This document shows, one piece after another, positions 1 through 13,516 of a stretch of 64,000 bases of DNA. Below the pieces are notes generated by a model. That model searched no databases, had not been told where the DNA came from, and was given only the letters and a program-made list of their open reading frames with translations. The first letter of the stretch is position 1; each line of letters begins with the position of its first letter. This DNA is from Isurus oxyrinchus. Taxonomy: Eukaryota. Where the stretch lies: NCBI GenBank assembly GCA_026770705.1, contig JANJGN010000008.1, positions 74,214,001 to 74,278,000 on the forward strand, written 5' to 3'. A program made the position numbers and the translations under genes.

Positions 1-60
1 CATGAAACCGATCACGCCATATTATCCACTCACGCCACGCAGGCGTGGAAAATTCCGCAC
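1..60. mobile_element. Terminal fragment of a Harbinger-type non-autonomous element, cut by the window edge
   Basis: Ends in GGAAAATTCCGCAC, resembling the AAAATTCTGCCC terminal inverted repeat seen elsewhere in the window. Confidence 0.4.
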
Positions 61-687
61 AACAAATCGAGTCTAATGTGACTCTTCATGATGGACTGAT
101 AAACTGAAAGACATCACTTGAGATGTGATTAATAGCATCAATCAATAGTATTAGATATTATTAGGGTACAATTGGCATTAGATCATTTGATCAGTGTGAC
201 CCTAGACTGACCTTCAAATTTTGTAACCTAGTCCACATATACAATAATTTTCTAAACTGAACAATAAGTGTATAAAAGCACTCAGTAAATTAGCAAACAC
301 AGCAGAATCACGCCCACTGTTGGACTTTAGCTCCCAATTTCACTCCCTTCACACTTGTGAGCTGGCAGTGCCAAGAGAATTCTGCTGCTGAGAAGGAAAA
401 AAAAGGTTGCAAATTGATATAGCACCACATGTTTACATTTAGCCTTAACACGGCAGGAAATCATAATTTGAACTGTTACCAAAAATCCTAAAAGACCAGT
501 CTTAAAACCTATCTCTCCATGAAAAAGATAACTATCTCCAGGATTTTAAAGTTTCTCCAGCATACTCTTGTTATTGCTCATGTTCTGTACCACATTAAGA
601 TCTTCCTTATTTCTAGGAATTAATGGTTCCAATATAAATAATGGCCTAGGCGGGGAGATCCCACAGTACAGTTCCTTCAATATTATA

Positions 688-806
688 ACAAGCAATACTG
701 AAGATGCTGGAAACCGAAAGTGTAGGAAATACCCAGCAGGTCAGGCAGCATCTGCGCAGGGAGAAGCAAAATTAAAGTTTCAGGTTGATGAGCTTTCATC
801 AGAACT
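688..806 (-). repeat. Penelope pLTR fragment with hammerhead-like motif
   Basis: Homologous to 10208-10320; minus strand reads AGTT-CTGATGA-AAGCTCATCAACCT-GAAA-C. Confidence 0.7.
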
Positions 807-988
807 CAGAACCTGTTTTTGTATGCCCTGTTAGGTGGGAAGCCTCCTGTAATCTCAGCCTCACTGCCAGTCTCTTATCTCCAGTGTGTATCTTTCCTAT
901 GTACCTCTCTCCTGTGCACATGCTGATACCACCATGGCACATCATTACTCCCATGGCTTTATAATGCTCTGCCTTTTCTAATGTACTG

Positions 989-2064
989 TGTTATGAAGCC
1001 AGCTGATGTTAATACTGGACAAGTCAGATCCCAGAGTGAAAACTGGCTTAGTAGATCCTAACTTTGTTATTTTTTAAGAAACCATGGAGGTCAGTTACTG
1101 TATTCTTTTAGAAACTGTGGAGGTCAGTCACTGAACCATTCACAAGAAGTCTGCCAATACAATCTTAACACAGAAAAAAAGAATATTTTATTGAACAAGA
1201 AAAAATGAACTCTGTTACACTAGACTGAAAGGTTGGAAAGATTTCAATACAAACACCAGAAAATGATTCAAACTCATATTATTCCTTTTATTACAGCAAC
1301 CCTTACAGATACCAGACCCCAGTGAAGATTTACCACTGTCTCAACACCGAAGTTTTTCACCTCCTTTCTATTTTTCCTTAGTTCTGTTGAAGAGTCATAC
1401 AGACTCGAAACATTAACTGTGTTCCTCTCCGCAGATGCTGTCAGATCTGCTGAGTTTTTCCAGGTATTTTTATTTTTGTTTTGGATTTCCAGCATCCGCA
1501 GTTTTTTGCTTTTAACCAAGGTTTTTTGCTTGGGTTAGCTCAGTCTCAAACAGTTTTCTTCTGGTGCTCTTCTGAGCATTCACCTGATGCTTTTCTTCAG
1601 CTGGCATCTCTGCTCGAGAAACCAAAAAACCCAATCTAAACTCTATTATTCCAACTTCAGAGCAAAAACATCAGTTCCCTAAAATCAGTTCCCCAGCGGG
1701 TTTGCAGGATTTCTTATTGGAGAGATTAGACCTTTTGCCTGCACTCTCTGGTATGCATACACTAACTGATCTTCTGTGTTTTGCTGTTTCTCTGTGTCTC
1801 TCTGGACCCCTGTTGCTAGGCAACAGCACAGCTTTTTTTCCCCTTTTTTTTAACTTCACTAAACTACTAAACCCTTGGTAACCCATCTCTTCATTTCAAG
1901 AGTTGTAAAACCTCATTAAAAATGCATATATACAAACAGGCCCCCACACTTCCATACACCCATCTAACAAAAACCTCTAAATGAAACTAAAACCAGGTTT
2001 CACCTTTCTTAACACCAAAATACAAAATATAAGTTAAATTTAAAGCTATACATTGTTCCTAACA
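989..2064. mobile_element. Solo LTR (Gypsy-like) interrupted by a pLTR fragment
   Basis: TGTTATGA...CCTAACA termini, same start as the LTR at 27533; flanks ACTG/TCTG (3 of 4 match); no coding content. Confidence 0.55.
1375..1515 (+). repeat. Penelope pLTR fragment with hammerhead motif at 1380-1418
   Basis: AGTT-CTGTTGA-A-GAGTC-ATACA-GACTC-GAAA-CATT-AACT followed by the pLTR tail shared with 10208-10260 and 21035-21102. Confidence 0.8.
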
Positions 2065-2470
2065 TCTGTCAAAAACATCCAAGACACTTCCCATCCTGCT
2101 AGTGTCTGTTTGATAGCCTCCAAATGTCTCGAATGCCAGTATGATGACAAGAACTCTACAGAGGGAACTGGAAAAACAGCTGTAAGAATGGATCTGTCAT
2201 TGAGTTTGGGCAATCTGATATTAATAGGCCCCCCTGAGAATGTGCCAGAAATTGGTCAGTTTCCCAGGAAACTAATGCTGTAGCTTTAAATCCAAAGGAA
2301 GTTAAATTCATGTTAGAAGCCCCTCATCTACATGCAATTATCAGCTCAAATGATCACTTAATTTCTTACTGACCTGAAACGATGTATGTGCCAACTCCAG
2401 TGTTCAGGTTTAGTCACACACACGTACTGAGGCTACAAGAGCAGTCAGGAGTTGTGAATTCTGTGGTGAG

Positions 2471-3025
2471 TAGCTCATTTCCTGACTCCCCAAAGCCTGT
2501 CCACTGTCTACAAGGCACCAGTCAGGAGTGTGATGGAATACTTTCCACTTGCCTGGGTAAGTGCATCTCCAACACTCAAGAAGGTCGACGCTATCCAGGA
2601 CAAAGCAGCCCGCTTGACTGGCAATCCATCCACCACCTTAAACATTCACTCCCTCCACCACTGACACATAGTAGCAGTAATGTGCACATCTACAAGATGC
2701 ACTTCAGCAACTCAGCAAGGCTCCGTCAGCAGCACCTTCCGAACCCACAACCTCTACCACCTAGAAGGACAAGGGAAGCAGATCCATGGGGACATTACCA
2801 CTTGTAGGTTTCCTCCAAGACACACATCATCCTGACTTGGAACTATATTGTCAGTCCTTCACTGTTGCTGGGTCAAAATCCTGGAACTCCCTTCCTAACA
2901 GTGCTGTAGCTGTACCTACACCACATGGACTATAGTGGCTCACCACCACCTTCTCAAGGGCAATTAGGGATGGGCAATAAATATTGGCCTAGCCAGCAAT
3001 TCCCACATAATGTGAAAGAATAACA
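2471..3025 (+). mobile_element. 3' fragment of CR1/L2-group (HER1-like) LINE
   Basis: ORF2 C-terminal peptides IYKMHFSNSARLRQQHLPNPQPLPPRRTR and GSKSWNSLP; 3' tail GGGCAATAAAT..GGCCTAGCCAGC; homologous to 19055, 37965 and 40415. Confidence 0.8.
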
Positions 3026-3329
3026 AAAATATGTCTCAGTCAAACCAGAGCTTGTTACATTGCCGATGCACCCAACACCCAATTTGCTCATGCTTCCCTG
3101 TCAAAATTCCCACATTCTTTCTCTGAATCATGCACCAGGAGGTCTGGGGTATGTAGGTATTTAATCAGTATCATGGTCCTGATACTGTGAGCTGTGAAAC
3201 ACGTTCTTGTGTTTATTAAACACAGGCAGAGACAGTGTCATTTCAAAGTGAAAACTGTCCTCACTATAGTCAAATGGAGATCTGCTGCTATCAAAGTTAA
3301 TGTAAGAAAATGTGATCAGCTTCATTTCT

Positions 3330-4235
3330 GACTTTGGTTGCCCTACCTTTTCCCCGAGTGGGAAGGAGCCTCAGTTGTATCTGAAGCATCTCCTGTTTGA
3401 AAGGCATTCCCATTGTTCCTTTACAGTTTTGCCTGCCAATCTTTCATTCCAATTTACCTGTGGCAGATTTGTTTTGATCCGGCTGAAATTAGCCCTCCTC
3501 CAACTAAATTTTTTTTTACACCAGATTGCTCCTTGACTTTTTCTATAGCTAATGTAAACCTTATGATGTTATAATCACTGGTCCTAAAACGTTCCCCTAC
3601 TGCCAATTGAACCCCTTGACCTAGCTTATTTCTTAGAATCAGATCCAGCAATGCCTGCTCCCTTGTTAGTCTGGGAGCATACTCATCCAAAAAAAAAAAA
3701 TACCTGAACACATTTCATAAACTCTTCCCCCTCTCTGCCCTTTACGTAATTACTATCATAGCCTATATTGGGATAATTAAAGTCCTCGATTATCATTACC
3801 CTTTGGCTTTTGCTAATTCCCTTGTAACTTCCTTGCAAGCTTGTGCCTTTCTATCTTTCCCACCAGTTGATGACCTTTAGAATTCACCCAGTAGTGTAAT
3901 GGCACCAATTTTGTTTCTTAACTCTACTAATTAGATTCTGTTTTTGACTCACTAGAATATCCTCTTTCTCCAGTACTGCAGTGTGTTTCTTATTCAGTAT
4001 TTCCACTTCTCCTCTTTTCTTTTCTATCTTTTCTGAATACATAGGACCCAGGAGTACTTAATGCCCAATCTTATCCTTCTTTGAGCCAGACCTCTGTTAT
4101 TGCCACAACATCACGTCCCCACGTGACTGTCTGTGCCTGCAGCTCTCCAATTTACCACATTCTGTGCATATATGGAGGTGCACTGTAAATTCAATTTAGA
4201 CTTTATGCATTCTCTCTCAGTCTGACTCTACTTAA
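3330..4235 (-). mobile_element. Old CR1 LINE, endonuclease region; left half of a copy split by the plus-strand CR1
   Basis: PRLTREQALLDLILRN...SDYNIIRF (AP-endonuclease C-terminal motifs); continues at 6680-7860. Confidence 0.7.
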
Positions 4236-4244
4236 CATTAATTG

Positions 4245-6677
4245 AGATAGACATAGTGTTAAGGGCTTGGATGGAGTGGATTTCTTGAAATGTGTACAGG
4301 AGAACTTTTTACGTCAATATGTAAAGGGTCCAACAAGGGACGACTCAGTGCTGGACCTAATTCTGGGGAATGAAGCCAGACTGGTGGCTGAGGTGGTGGT
4401 GTGGAAGCATTTTAGTGATAGCGACCACAACATGGTATAGTTTAAGTTTGTTAGAAATAGACAAGTTACAAAAAAATGTTTTGGATTGAGGGAAAGTGAA
4501 TTTTAGTAAAATAAGGCAGGATTTGGCCAAGGTAGATTGAGAATAGCTACTTGTGGGGAAATCTCCAGAGGAGGAGTCGGGGGCGTTCAAAAAGGAAATG
4601 GGAAGGGTACAGGCTCAACATGTTCCCTCCAGGGTGATAAGAAGAAGTAACAAGCCCAGAGAACCATGGATGACCAGAGACATTCAGGTTATGATGAGAA
4701 GGAAAAGAGAGGCTTTTAGCAGGTACAAGGGAAGCAAATCAGCGGACACATTAGTGGGGTACAGAAAGTGCAGGGTGGAGCTTAAGAAAGCAATTAGGAG
4801 AGCAAAGAGGGTATATGAGAAAGCTCTGGCTGGTAAAAGTAGGGAAAATCCCAAGATATTCTATAAGTACATCAATGGGAAGAGGATAACCCAGGAAAGA
4901 GTAGGGTCCATAAGGGACCAAGGGGGCAATCTATGGGTGGAGCTAGATGACATCGCTAGAGTGTTGAATGAATACTTCACATCCGTCTTCACCCAAGAGT
5001 ATGAGGATAAAGGTATTGAACTCTGGGAGAAAGACTGCGAGGTTCTTAAGCAAATTGATATAGGGAGTGACAAGGTATTGGAGGTGTTGGCAGGCTTAAA
5101 AGTGGACAAAGCTCCAGGTCCGGATGATTTATGTCCCAGACAGCTGAGGGAGGCAAGGGAGGAGATTGCAGGGGCTCTGACCCAAATTTTTAATTCCTCT
5201 CTGGCCATGAGGGAGGTGCCAGAGGACTGGAGAACAGCTAATGTAGTTTAAAGAAGGGTTGTAGAGATAAGCCAGGGAACTACAGACCAGTGAGTCTCAC
5301 ATCAGTGGTAGGGAAACTATTAGAGAAAATTCTGAAAGAGAGAATCTATCTCCACTTGGAGAGGCAAGGTTTGATCAGGTATATTCAGCATGGCTTTGTC
5401 AGAGGTAGGTCATGCCTAACAAATTTGATTGAATTTTTTGAGGAGGTGACCAGGTATGTAGATGAGGGTAGTGCAGTTGATGTAGTTTATATGGATTTCA
5501 GCAAAGTCTTTGACAAGGTCCCACATGGGAGACTTATAAAGAAGGCAAAGGCACATGGGATACAGGGTAATTTGATAAGGTGGGATTCAAAATTGGCTTA
5601 GTTGTCAGAGACAGAAGGTGATGACAGAAGGATGCTTTAGTGACTGGAAGCCAGTGTCAGTGGCGTGCCACAGGGATCTGTGCTGGGTCCCCTATTATTT
5701 GTCATTAATATAAATGACATAGATGATTATGTGGAAGGTAGGATTAGTAAGTTTGCAGATGACACAAAGATTGGCTGGGTGGTTAACAGTGAGGTTGTGT
5801 GTCTTGGGCTACAGGAAGCTATAGACGGGATGGTCAAATGGGTACATAAGTGGTAGATGGAATTTAACCCTGAAAAGTGTGAGGTGATACACTTTGGAAG
5901 GAGTAATTTGACAAGGAAGTATTCAGTGAACAGCATGACACTAGGAAGTTCTAAGGAACAAAGGGACCTTGGCGTGTATGTCCACAGATATCTGAAGGCA
6001 GAGGTGCATGTTACTTGAGTGGTGAAAAAGGCATATGGGACACTTCCTTTATCAATCGAGGCATAGATTACAAAAGTAAGGAGGTCATGTTGGAGTTGTA
6101 TAGAACCTTGGTGAGGTCACAGCTGGAGTGCTTTGTGTAGTTCTGGTCGCCACATTATAAGTAGGATGTGATTGCACTGGAGGGGGTGCAGAGGAGATTC
6201 ACCAGGATGTTGCCTGGGATGAGACAGTTAAGTTATAAAGAGAGGTTGAATAGACTTGGGTTGTTTTTATTGGAGCAGAGAAGACTGAGGGGCGACCTGA
6301 TCGAGGTATACAAGATTATGAGGGGCATGGACAGGGTGGATAGGGAGCAGCTGTTCCCCTTTGTTGAAGGGTCAGTCACAAAGGGACATAAGTTCAAGGT
6401 GAGGGGCAGGAGGTTTAGGGGGATGTGAGGAGAAACTTTTTTATCCGGAGGGTGGTGACGGTCTGGAATGCACTGCCAGGGAGAGTGGTGGAGGCGGGTT
6501 GCCTCATACCCTTTAAAAAGTACCTGGATGAGCACTTGGCACGTCATAACATTCAAGACTATGGGCCAACTGCTGGTAAATGGGCTTAGGTAGGTAGGCT
6601 AAGTGTTTTTCACGTGTCGGTGCAGACTCAATGGGCCGAAGGGCCTCTTCTGCGCTGTGTGATTCTGTGATTCTGTT
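4245..6677 (+). mobile_element. 5'-truncated CR1 LINE (ORF2 EN end and RT, frameshifted)
   Basis: KAPGPD, YRPVSLTSVVGKLLE, QHGFVRGRSCLTNL, PQGSVLGPLLF, KFADDTK, LEGVQRRFTRMLPG; (GATTCTGT)n tail. Confidence 0.95.
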
Positions 6678-6679
6678 AT

Positions 6680-7860
6680 ACTTTATACCTTTCTACTTTT
6701 TATCCAGTGCTATTGATTTCTCCCAAATCTTCATGCATCTCATTTCTCCTTTTTAATGCTACATTCTGGTGACCTTCCTCCTTCCAAGCTAGCTTAACTC
6801 CTTCCCAATAGAACTAGCAAGCCATCCCACAGGCATATTAGTTCTAGTTCTGTTTAGGTGCAACCTGTATGGCCTGCACAGGTCCTGTCTCCCTCAGAAT
6901 TTGTCCCAATATCCATGAATGTAAAGCCTTCCTTCCTGCAACATCTGTCCAGCCATGCATTCATCTTCTCTATCCTTCTATTTCTATATTCACTTCCACA
7001 TGCCACCAGGAGTAATCTGGAGATGGCTGCTTTTGAGGTCTTGACTTCTAATCTGTTCCCTAGCTCCCTAAAATTTGCCAACAAGACCCTATCTCTCTTT
7101 CTACCTAGGTTGCTGGTACTGAAATGGACAATAACAATTGGCTATTCATCCCCCCTCCCCCCCCCCCCCCCCCCCCCCCCCCCCCACCGAGAGTGTTCTG
7201 TAGCTGCTCAGTGACACCTTTGACTGTAGCACTAATAAGCTAAATGACATCCTGGATTGACATTTGTGGCTGCAGAAACACTTGTCTGCTCCCCTAATTA
7301 TAAAATTTTCTTTCACTATTGCTCTCCCAATCTTCCTGCTGTCCCTCTGTACTCTGGCTGCGACTCCCCAGAGAAACCCATCATTCTCACGAGTACTGAG
7401 AACTGAATATTTGCTAATTAGTGAACTGTACCCAGAGGACTCCTACACTCTCTGCATGATCTTCTTGACTGTTGGAGGTCACCCATTCCTTCTCTGCCTG
7501 CAGTTTCTTAAGCTGCGGTGTGATGATATCAAGAAACATGCAATCCATAAAGGTCTCAGCCTTGCAGATATACTGCAGTGATACCAGATCTTGCTGCAAC
7601 TCCAAACTCCAGAGGTCCAGCTCTTCTTTTTGACAACACTTGCTGCACATGTGGTTTTTCAGGCCATGAAAAGTGTCCTAAAGTTCCCATATGAAACAGG
7701 ATGCACATTCCATGGAAGTGAGCTGTCCCACATACCTTTATTTATTAGCCTATTAAGAAAAATAGCCATAAGACCTAAACAAATACTTACCAGTTCCTCA
7801 CCAATCAGCTCCTTCCTTTGTGTTAATGTCAATTCTTTTTTTAGGGAGGTAAACTAAAGC
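6680..7860 (-). mobile_element. Old CR1 LINE ORF1 region (zinc finger and SGNH esterase remnants)
   Basis: CSKCCQ...LELQ; FRELGNRLEVKTSKAAISRLL...MNAWLDRCCRKEGFTF. Confidence 0.75.
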
Positions 7861-8246
7861 ATTTTAGTTAACTCTTATTATTTATTTATCTCAGAATTTA
7901 TCTTACTGACAAATTAGGAATCCTTTAGTGTTATTATCCCTCTTTATTTAATTTTAACATTATTCCCCTAGACCTAATTAATCCAACACTGTTTGTAATT
8001 CTGATTAATTAAACAATATATAAATTATGTTTTTTGTAGTTTATCATGCTGTCTACTTCTAGCTTTTATGTTAATTGATTGATATAGTTTTATAGAATAA
8101 TATACTTCATAGATTCATTAAATTAATTATATTGTTGATCTGTAGTCTCACCCCGCTCAATTCCTTTGTGCTTTGATATTACTACGCAATATGTTTCCCT
8201 CCCGTTCAGTTCCTAGAGTCACAGGACAACATTTTAATTTACATCT

Positions 8247-8740
8247 GAACTCTGATTTTGGGACCAAATGGGAATCCTAAGCCCGTACTTGCCAACAGAA
8301 AGACCAATGGTGCATTCTTCTGGGGGGCAATGTCCTAATTGGCCACCACTGAGCATGCCATCCTATTAAGGACAGTGGGCAGGTTCCCGAGGCTGAAGGT
8401 CTGATCAGAGGGCCAGCAGCTCTTGGCAGCTCCACTGAGAGAGGTGAATACTGGCTGAGGTAGATCAGATCCAATGAGCTGGTAGCCTTTCCACATGACA
8501 ATTCCACTCAATTCCATTGGGAAAATTCCAGCAACACCACAAAATCACCCCTGATTGGGGCCTTAACCACTCGAGTTGGCTACTCTCTTCCATGGCCATG
8601 GGCAGTCAATTCTGTTACCAGTCCAACCCTGGGCAAGGGGACAGTATGCTTTGTGGAACCATTCCTATCCAGCCCCCTCCTATTTTCACAGCCCCACCCC
8701 CCTGCCTCCAACTCCTACAGGGCAGGGAAAATCCAGCTCA
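8247..8740. mobile_element. Degenerate Harbinger-like non-autonomous element
   Basis: GC-rich island ending GGGAAAATCCAGCTC; internal CCTAATTGGCCA motif shared with other MITEs. Confidence 0.45.
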
Positions 8741-9100
8741 CAGATTCAAACTGGCCCCTCACCTACCATTCAGAACACAGTCTCATCCTCTCCAGTGGAC
8801 CTACATATCCTGTGAGTATTATTTGGACTGGTGTTGAAGTCACTCACCTATGTGAATCCAGAGACTTCGTGGCATTCAAAACCATCAAGCACTGGGCTTC
8901 CATTAGCCTTGACTCCCATAACTGTCATTCTTGTGGTTCACAGCCTATCATATTGCATGTTTCTGTTATGCTGCTATACAACCTAGCAACTTCTTCCCAA
9001 TTAACCAGCTCTGGGTCATTTTGCTGGAGGCAGGTTGGGAGGTGGCAACGCGATCTGTCCGCACCAAGTGGATAGACAGTTAAGGCTCTTTAAAGACCTA

Positions 9101-9746
9101 GGTGGGGATTTTCCAGTCCCACCTGCCGTGCAACCAGAAATTCCCGCCCAAACTCAATGGACTTTTGGCTGGTCCATCAAATTTTCCATCCCGCCACTAC
9201 TGATTCCCACCAGAGAATACTGGCCCTACTGTAGGGGCTGACTGGAATGCTCCAGCCAACTTCCAGGCCCCTCAATGCATTAGATGACCTCCAGGCAGAC
9301 CAGGGGAGCCACTGCTCCAGGCAGGTTTTGAGGCCCTCTCTGCCTGCCTGTCTTCAGCTGCAGATGTAGGCTCCCCTTGGAGGGGTTCCGCCTCCACATT
9401 AGTGGCCCAGCTACTGAGGGTGTTTTTATTGTCAAGTTTAAAAGGTTGGACAGAGGGTGCCTCCACCTTGAGGCACCCCTCTCTTACCTAAAAAGGCAGC
9501 CTATTGTTTCTTCAGTGCTGGAGCGCCTTCTATTGGTCCTTCAGTTTCATAAGCTTGCCTGCTGGCTTGAATTAGATGGTGAGCCCACCCTCTGGCCACT
9601 AAATAGCCAATTTGGGGAATATCACTGCTGAAATGACTGTTTCCCGTACTTTGTCAGGTTCTGATGCTCACTCTCCCCGCCATGTCCCCTACCCCACCCT
9701 TTTAACCCCGACATTGGGATCTCGACCCAAAGGGCAAAATCCTGCT
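9101..9746. mobile_element. Harbinger-like MITE
   Basis: Imperfect TIRs GGTGGGGATTTTCC / GCAAAATCCTGCTC. Confidence 0.55.
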
Positions 9747-10272
9747 CATTGTGACTGAGAAAGAATACTGGATGGATTAAAATCTCGGCCTTGGAGAGAC
9801 AAAGCCTTATTCCAGTTTGTGGTAATTCTACAAATAAAGGCATAAGACCTGAGGTGTTCCTCTGGTGTTTATGTAATTACAAGCAAATTATTAGCAAGAA
9901 ACGGAACTTGGAAGCTCGAACTGCAAAGATTCTTAAGTAAATTTCATTAACAAAGTGAAACTGATATGTTAGTTGGTTAATATACACTCATCTTAAACCT
10001 GAAAACTAAAACTCTGTAATAAATATTAGCAGCTTCATTACACTGAATAATGCAACTTGAAGAGTTAATTACTAATCACACTCTGCAAAACTGTCCTGAG
10101 GAAGGAGCCAGATACACCACAAGTTGTTTAGGGAACGAGGGGTGTGAGGTTAGGATCAGAAGCAATAGGAATGCATGCTGAGTCACCAGTCAGTTCCAGC
10201 ACATTTCCAAAACAAAAACAGAATTACCTGGAAAAACTCAGCAGGTCTGGCAGCGTCGGCGGAGAAGAAAAG

Positions 10273-10311
10273 AGTTGACGTTTCGAGTCCTCATGACCCT
10301 TCAACAGAACT
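10273..10311 (-). ncRNA. Minimal type I hammerhead ribozyme motif (variant core) in the pLTR
   Basis: AGTT-CTGTTGA-A-GGGTC-ATGAG-GACTC-GAAA-CG-TC-AACT: stem I AGTT/AACT, stem II GGGTC/GACTC, GAAA, UC cleavage site. Confidence 0.7.
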
Positions 10312-10734
10312 AGGTGAATCCAAGGAAGGGGTGAAATATAAGCTGGTTTAAGGTGTGTGTGTGTGTGGGGGTGGGGGGGGGTGGGGGGGGGGAGGGGGGG
10401 TTGGATGAGGGGAGAGAAGTGGAGGGGGGTGGTGTGATTGTAGGGACAAGCAAGCAGTGATAGAAGCAGATCATCAAAAGATGTCACAGACAACAGAACA
10501 AAAGAACATATAGTTGTTGAAGTTGGTGATATATATCTAAACGAATGTGCTAAATAAGAATGGATGGTAGAACACTCAAGGTATAGCTCTAGTGGGGGTG
10601 GGGGGAGCATAAAAGATTTTAAAATATTTTAAAATAATGGAAATAGGTGGGAAAAGAAAAATCTATATAATTTATTGGAAAAAACAAAAGGAAGGGGGAA
10701 GAAACAGAAAGGGGGTGGGGATGGAGGAGGGAGT

Positions 10735-11840
10735 TCAAGACCTAAAGTTGTTGAATTCAATATTCAGTCCGGAAGGCTGTAAAGTGCTTAGTCGGAAGAT
10801 GAGGTGTTGTTCCTCCAGTTTGCGTTGGGCTTCACTGGAACAATGTAGCAAGCCAAGGACAGACATGTGGGCAAGAGAGCAGGGTGGAGTGTTAAAATGG
10901 CAAGCGACAGGGAGGTCTGGGTCATTCTTGTGGACAGACCACAGGTGTTCTGCAAAGCGGTCGCCCAGTTTACGTTTGGTCTCTCCAATGTAGAGGAGAC
11001 CACACTGGGAGCAACGAATGCAGGAGACTGCTTCACTTGAAAGGAGTGTTTGGGTGAGGAGAGAGGAAGTCAAGGGGCAGGTGTTACATCTTTTGCGTGG
11101 GCATGGGGTGGTGCCATAGGTGGAGGTTGAGGAGTAGGGGTTGATGGAGGAGTGGACCAGGGTGTCCCGGAGGGAACGATCCCTACAGAATGCCGACGGG
11201 GGGGGTGAAGGGAAGATGTGTTTGGTGGTGGCATCAAGCTGGAGTTGGCGGAAATGGCGGAGGGTGATCCTTTGAATGCGGAAGCTGGTGGGGTGATAAG
11301 TGAGGACAAGGGGGACCCTATCATGTTTCTGGGAGGAAGGAGAAGGCGTGAGGGCGGATGCATGGGAGATGGGCCGGACACGCTTGAGGGCCCTGTCAAC
11401 GACCGTGGGTGGAAAACCTCGGTTAAGGAAGAAGGAGGACATGTCAGAGGAACTGTTTTTGAAGGTAGCATCATCAGAACAGATGCGACGGAGGTGAAGG
11501 AACTGAGAGAATGGGATGGAGTCCTTACAGGAAGCGGGGTGTGAGGAGCTGTAGTCGAAGTAGTTGTTGGAGTCGGTAGGCTTGTAATGGATATTGGTGG
11601 ACAGTCTATCACAAGAAATTGAGACAGAGAGGTCAAGGAAGGGAAGGGAAATGTCAGAGATGGACCACGTGAAAATGATGGAGGGGTGGAGATTGGAAGC
11701 AAAATTAATAAATTTTTCCAAGTCCCGACGAGAGCTGAAGCAGCACCGAAGTAATTATCGATGTACTGGAGAACGAGTTGTGGAATGGGGCGGGAGTAGG
11801 ACTGGAACAAGGAATGTTCCACATACCCCATAAAGAGACA
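10735..11840 (-). pseudogene. Penelope RT / GIY-YIG ORF remnant (328 aa still open)
   Basis: QYIDN (RT YIDD box), PFLDLSV, YKPTD, HP..CKDSIPFSQF, CPRKRCNTC, CSQCGLLYIGETKRKLGDRFAEH, PSGLN; frameshift and internal deletion. Confidence 0.9.
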
Positions 11841-13516
11841 CATTACCAGCACATTATCACTTTGGGAAGGGCATTTGCGTGGGCATCCCCTGTGAACACT
11901 GGAAGCAATTGAACTGGGGTTATTCCGATGTCATACCAGCTATTAGCTGATGTGATGCCTCTTGTATGTTCAATAGGTCTTAGAAAGAGGTTCTGAATTT
12001 TGTGCGGATGAACATTAAGTGTTTAATGATAACTTAACTACGTACATATATAGTCTAAGGATGAGCTAACTCCATGCTTGCTTCTACCCAGGTCCCTGTC
12101 CAGTCCACAACTGACCTGAGTCTCAGGTCATATATCTCTTTGCATCACACCGTGGGGGAAACTGTTTCCCAGTCCCACATTAACCCTTGCTATGCCAGAA
12201 ACTCTTATATTACATCTCTCCATGTCTTTACCCAATATATTTACATTAAAATCATGATACCATTCTCCCCTCCTCAAGTTTCTGAATTTATAAATTCAGA
12301 TGGCCTGGAGGCTTGACAATTCTCCCAGATCTTGTTCTAGTCACATTCGGAGATGTGGTAGGCTCTTCTGATTTGGGCAACCTTGGTTGATTCAGAGTTT
12401 GAGTTGTAGCCTGTATTTCTGGCACTTGATTGCCTTCTTCCAATTTGCTCAAGTGTATATTAGGAGGGTTGCCTTGAGGGATGAGGAGGAGGCTTCTTCT
12501 ATTCCTTCTGATCATATCTTCCGGTGAATGAATGAGGTATGGCCATGGCTGGTCATCATCTCTCAAGACAATAGCACCCTCTGTTTCAAGGTCCCTGATT
12601 CACACCCTGCCCCCTTTGTGTAACTGTGTGTGTAACCCCATGGCCTGCTGGGGAACTGTGTGGAAGTTTCCCTGAGGTAGCCAGCAGTTGTCTCCGCGCC
12701 AATTGGGAATACAACTCGAGCTGCTCAACCAGGTTGACGTCATGTGTCACTGGAAGGTTAACCGTGGCCCTGGAGAAGTGTGTCTGCAGTCACTTGATGT
12801 TTCCCTTGAATATATAGCATCTCGTATGTGGATCTCATGGGACACAAACAGAATCTTTGAATTCTGGGGACCATCTTTGCAAGTTCCTTCCCTTCCAACA
12901 GTGAGACCAATGGTTTACAATCCATTTCAATGGTGACTTTCAGGCCGATAATGTAGTCAGAGAACTTCTTGCAATCCCATGTGACTGCAAGAGCTTCTTT
13001 TTTGCTAACAGCCTATTGTATTGCCATGTCTGACAGTCCTCTAGATGTGTAATATACCTGTCAGTGACATCCATCCAATTGTTCCTGAAATAAAACTGCT
13101 CCTACGACTGTGAACAAAGCATCCACTGCTATAGCAGTGGGCAGGAATCGGTCATAATGAGCCAGGGTATTGGGTGAGAGCAGCATGGCCTTGATGTGCC
13201 CAAAAGTTTGCAACTGGTGCACATCCCAGCACCATGCCTGAACTATTTTGAGAAGGTATCACAGAGATTCTACCCAGGTTGAGTAGAAATTTTGCTGACT
13301 GGCTCACCGTGCCCAGGAATCTCTGGAGGCCTGGAATAGATTATGGGGTTGGGAACTTGCTGAAAGCTTTCATTTTTTGTGGCTCTGCCATGATGCTTTT
13401 GCTGTTGGCAATGTATCCTAAGAACCGAATAGAGGTCTTGCAGAACTCGGATTTCTTGTTTAGTGTCAACCCCACTTTGTGCAAGCATTCTAAGACAGCC
13501 ATGAGCCTCCTGTCAT

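Larger units (their letters stand above)
10206..11845 (-). mobile_element. Penelope-like retroelement, 5'-truncated, with 3' pLTR
   Basis: RT C-terminal half and GIY-YIG endonuclease; pLTR at about 10208-10320; CCAGCACATT duplicated at 10196-10205 and 11846-11855. Confidence 0.93.

Noticed and set aside
7150-7186. Poly-C runs giving poly-Pro ORFs (also 15483 and 25200-25280)
   Set aside because: Simple homopolymer expansions with unreliable length
11070-11852. 260-aa Ser/Pro-rich ORF and antisense ORFs
   Set aside because: Shadow frames of the Penelope ORF; only the first 40 or so residues are true RT
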